From assembly GCA_949066965.1 (NCBI GenBank), contig CARTDA010000001.1, positions 33,042 to 97,041 on the forward strand: DNA of 64,000 nucleotides, given 5' to 3'. A program made the position numbers and the translations under genes. This document shows positions 61,209 to 64,000 of the stretch, in pieces. The DNA comes from an uncultured Lachnospiraceae bacterium (GTDB taxonomy: Bacteria > Bacillota > Clostridia > Lachnospirales > Lachnospiraceae). How positions within the stretch are numbered: position 1 is the stretch's first letter; each line of letters starts with the position of its first letter. Under the pieces are notes generated by a model. The model did no database searches. It worked only from the letters and a program-made list of their open reading frames with translations, and was not told the DNA's origin.

Positions 61209-63563
61209 TTATTTTGCTGGCTGGCATAGGCATCTGACCGCTTCCGCAAGCGCTTCCTCCGAGAGCTCTCCCGGCGCGTAAGCCGCCTGGTTCAGCGTGC
61301 CGACCAGGGATTGCAGTGCGGTATCCTCCATCTGCAGGACGCCGTTTTGGACAAGCAGGGCTGCCTGCTCCTCAAAGTTTTTCGCGGCCGAAAGCTGCCT
61401 TGAAAAATGTCTGCGAACGATCCGGCGATACCGCATCAGCAGCTTTTCACTGCGGTCTGCGCGGCTGTAGCGGTAGTGCCAGATACATTTGATTACGAGA
61501 AGGCGCACTGGCAGAACCATGAGCAGCAGTACCAGACAGACCGCAAACCCAAAGGTGGAGGTCTGTATCGCGCCGGCGAGGGCAGCTTCTCCGTCTGTCT
61601 CCGATTCGGCGCCGCCCTTCGCGTCATCGTTCTGGAACAGTCTCAAAAACATGTCCCAGATGCTGCCCCGGTTTTCATCTTCCTCTGTCTGGTAGGGTGT
61701 AAGCTCCACAGGCCGCCAGCCGAAATTCTCATCATACACTTCCACCCACGCATGGGCGTTTCCGTCCGACACATCATAGGAGATGACGGATGCCTGCTGC
61801 GGCAGGATTTCTGAAGCCGCGTTCGCGGAACGGATGCTTGTCCGGTCATAGTATTGCGCGGCATCCAGGTCTGTCAGCGTGCCGTCCTGTGCAACCTCCA
61901 TGGCATCAACCGCGTAGCCCTCCACGTAGCGCGCAGGAATCCCCATATATCGCAGAATCAGCACAGCGGCGCTCGCGTAGTGGGCACAGTAGCCCTTTTT
62001 CTTTTCCGTCAGGAAATAATTTACAAAATCCTTGCGTCTCGGTGTGACGCCGGGGCTTAACGTGTATGGAAAATTCTGCTGGAAATAGTCGCGCAGCTGG
62101 CTGATGATTTCCTGCGTGGAGCCACAAAGCCCTGTCTCCCTGCAAAAGTCCGCGATGACGGTTCGGTTTTCCTCCGGAATGTCCAGCCAGATTTCGTTGT
62201 CAGGGGGCGCCGGCTTTTTGACGAGCTGTTCCGTAAGCAGCGGGTAAAAGGTATACTCGAGCGCCATCCCGTGACGCAGGATTTTGTCTGCGTCTGCGGA
62301 GTAATAGGGAAGATACACGCCAGCCGGCGCGGCAACATTCCGAATCTTCATCACGCCGCGCGCATGGTCGGGAACGGCGGCAGCATAGCCTTCCATCAGC
62401 AGCGTGACAGTCTCCTCGTTCCACGCGTCCGCACGCAGCGTATCGTCCAGGATGCTCCAGTTGTTGGCGTAAGGGCGGTACTGGGCGCCTACAAACGTTT
62501 TCAGATATATCCTGTCATACGTGTAGGGGACAAATTCCAGTGTCAGATCCGTCTCGTAATCCAGCCGCACAGAATTGACGCCGCCGAGCCGTCCGTTGAC
62601 AAGTCCGCCTGTCGTCGGGTAAAAATTGATCAGACCCATCACGCCGAGCAGGTAAAAATTTTCCATGGTGTCCATCGTGTGGAGCTTAAAGGCGCTTTTG
62701 CTGTGTGCGGTGACATACGCATTTTGGGGCAGCACAAGTTCCACAATGCCACAGATGACACAGCAGAGCAGGAGGATGCCGAGCAGGGCGCCCGCGGCCG
62801 CCCTGCCGCAGAAGCTGTCCGAAAAGCGGTGTTTTTTTGCCGCCTTATACACGGACTTGCGGTAGGGCTTTGTGTTGACATTCTGCATCTGGTAGCGGTT
62901 CTGGCGGAAAACATAGACGGTAAGGATGCCTGCCGTGTACAGGATGATATATCCCGCCGAGGGCTCGTGTTCCAGATAAATCGGCACGAGCAGGAAAAAG
63001 GAGGAGGGGAGAAGGATAGGCAGGCAGTGTATCCTGTGGGATATCAGCCCATTTGCAATACTGCATCCAATCAGTGCGAAGTAGCACATGGCGACGGAGA
63101 TGGCAAGGGAGTGGTTTTCCACCTGTTCGGCATAGCTGATTTGTGCGCTCGTCTCAAAAAAGGACGTCGCAGCGGTGGAAATGTCGTTCAGGATGCCGTA
63201 AAAGCCGCTGCTGATATAGGTCTGAAGCCCCTGTCCGGCATACAGCACAAGCCCAAAGAGGAGGATGTAGCCCGCATTTTCCCACCGCGGGGAAAGGTAC
63301 AGGGATGCACAGTACAGGGAGACCAGCAGCGCGGCAATAAAAAATCCTCCCTTTTCGTAGGCAATGTCAAAAGCGGACAGCATCCCGCCAAGACTTCCGG
63401 TGATGATTGCAAACAGGAAAAAGGCGCGCACGAAAAAATCCGTCCACCGGGTTTCCCGCTTTCCGCAAAAGCCGCCGGATAAGTAGATGCCCTCGGACAA
63501 GGCGATGCTTTCCTGTGAAAATGTTTTTTCCCTTCCGGACCTCTTACGCATCTTATCAACCAT
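61209..63563 (-). CDS. Membrane transglutaminase-like protein
   Basis: N-terminal TM segments; GYCAHYAS, GIPARYVEGY, HAWVEVY, GW.PVE.TP. Confidence 0.9.
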   Translation of the reverse strand: MVDKMRKRSGREKTFSQESIALSEGIYLSGGFCGKRETRWTDFFVRAFFLFAIITGSLGGMLSAFDIAYEKGGFFIAALLVSLYCASLYLSPRWENAGYILLFGLVLYAGQGLQTYISSGFYGILNDISTAATSFFETSAQISYAEQVENHSLAISVAMCYFALIGCSIANGLISHRIHCLPILLPSSFFLLVPIYLEHEPSAGYIILYTAGILTVYVFRQNRYQMQNVNTKPYRKSVYKAAKKHRFSDSFCGRAAAGALLGILLLCCVICGIVELVLPQNAYVTAHSKSAFKLHTMDTMENFYLLGVMGLINFYPTTGGLVNGRLGGVNSVRLDYETDLTLEFVPYTYDRIYLKTFVGAQYRPYANNWSILDDTLRADAWNEETVTLLMEGYAAAVPDHARGVMKIRNVAAPAGVYLPYYSADADKILRHGMALEYTFYPLLTEQLVKKPAPPDNEIWLDIPEENRTVIADFCRETGLCGSTQEIISQLRDYFQQNFPYTLSPGVTPRRKDFVNYFLTEKKKGYCAHYASAAVLILRYMGIPARYVEGYAVDAMEVAQDGTLTDLDAAQYYDRTSIRSANAASEILPQQASVISYDVSDGNAHAWVEVYDENFGWRPVELTPYQTEEDENRGSIWDMFLRLFQNDDAKGGAESETDGEAALAGAIQTSTFGFAVCLVLLLMVLPVRLLVIKCIWHYRYSRADRSEKLLMRYRRIVRRHFSRQLSAAKNFEEQAALLVQNGVLQMEDTALQSLVGTLNQAAYAPGELSEEALAEAVRCLCQPAK

Positions 63564-63999
63564 TTACACAAACCTCCAATTGCACGGCATCTTCCTTTTG
63601 CGCCAGGCACAGATAGCTGTCGAGCTGCGGATAACAATTTCGCATATACTGCTGTATCATCTGGCTGCTGTGGGCCTGCAGGTCAGTGCGGAAAATCGCG
63701 CAGAATGCTGTGTCGAGCTCTGCCGCGCTGGCGCAGGGGTGGCTGGCGAAGGAAAAGGAACGGTTGTCCCAGACCAGCAGCCTTAGCAAGGTCTGTCCTG
63801 TAATCAGTCCGCGGATTTTGCGGTAGCCTTCCGCCAGAAGCTTTTCCGCCGCGGGCTTTTCAGGGGGAAGCGCAATCAGCACAACCCGCTCGCTGCCTGC
63901 AAGTGCGGTGCGTTCCTTCACCATGAGCTCCGGTTGCCGTGCCGAGAGCTTCCAGTGGATGTCCCTTGGACGGTCGCCGGGCTGGTAGGTGCGGATGTC
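63556..63999 (-). CDS. DUF58 family protein, C-terminal part (5'-truncated by window edge)
   Basis: The minus strand at the window end reads DIRTYQPGDRPRDIHWKLSARQPELMVKE. Confidence 0.85.
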   Translation of the reverse strand, partial: DIRTYQPGDRPRDIHWKLSARQPELMVKERTALAGSERVVLIALPPEKPAAEKLLAEGYRKIRGLITGQTLLRLLVWDNRSFSFASHPCASAAELDTAFCAIFRTDLQAHSSQMIQQYMRNCYPQLDSYLCLAQKEDAVQLEVCVNG

Positions 64000-64000
64000 C

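Noticed and set aside
62271..63482. Long antisense ORFs (403 aa here; also 44269-45429, 38401-39486, 42752-43714, 13748-14674, 46900-47727)
   Set aside because: They are shadows opposite well-supported genes, have no recognisable motifs and are expected from codon bias.
61209..64000. DUF58-transglutaminase pair as a novel system
   Set aside because: It matches the widespread MoxR-DUF58-transglutaminase operon; the ATPase gene probably lies beyond the window.

Overview
A 64-kb chromosomal window from a motile, anaerobic gut-type Firmicute. Gene content and repeats look Lachnospiraceae-like, which is an inference. Most of it is metabolism and sensing: ldh, ahpC and an AhpF-like reductase, an ArsR-HMA-cadA metal-efflux locus, a purF homologue, paaK-iorAB, an msm/alpha-galactosidase locus, three chemoreceptors, a hybrid kinase, a GGDEF protein, MATE and ABC transporters, a Dus enzyme and a DUF58-transglutaminase pair. 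Accessory and unusual elements: (1) an AT-rich three-gene ABC-three-component/Lamassu-type defence operon with a SMEK-like effector (6838-9738); (2) a TIR-TM-DUF6273 'Toll-like' membrane protein followed by a LytTR/GHKL pair and an SMI1/KNR4-like gene with a 21-bp-period direct repeat in its promoter; (3) a ~1600-aa exonuclease-RecQ-UvrD double-helicase fusion; (4) an XRE-HTH fused to an FlhA-cytoplasmic-like domain; (5) a large signal-less BspA-type LRR protein; (6) two families of small structured dispersed repeats; (7) several deletion or frameshift scars. I found no rRNA, tRNA, CRISPR array, integrase or transposase. All family calls come from recognising motifs by eye, not from database searches.
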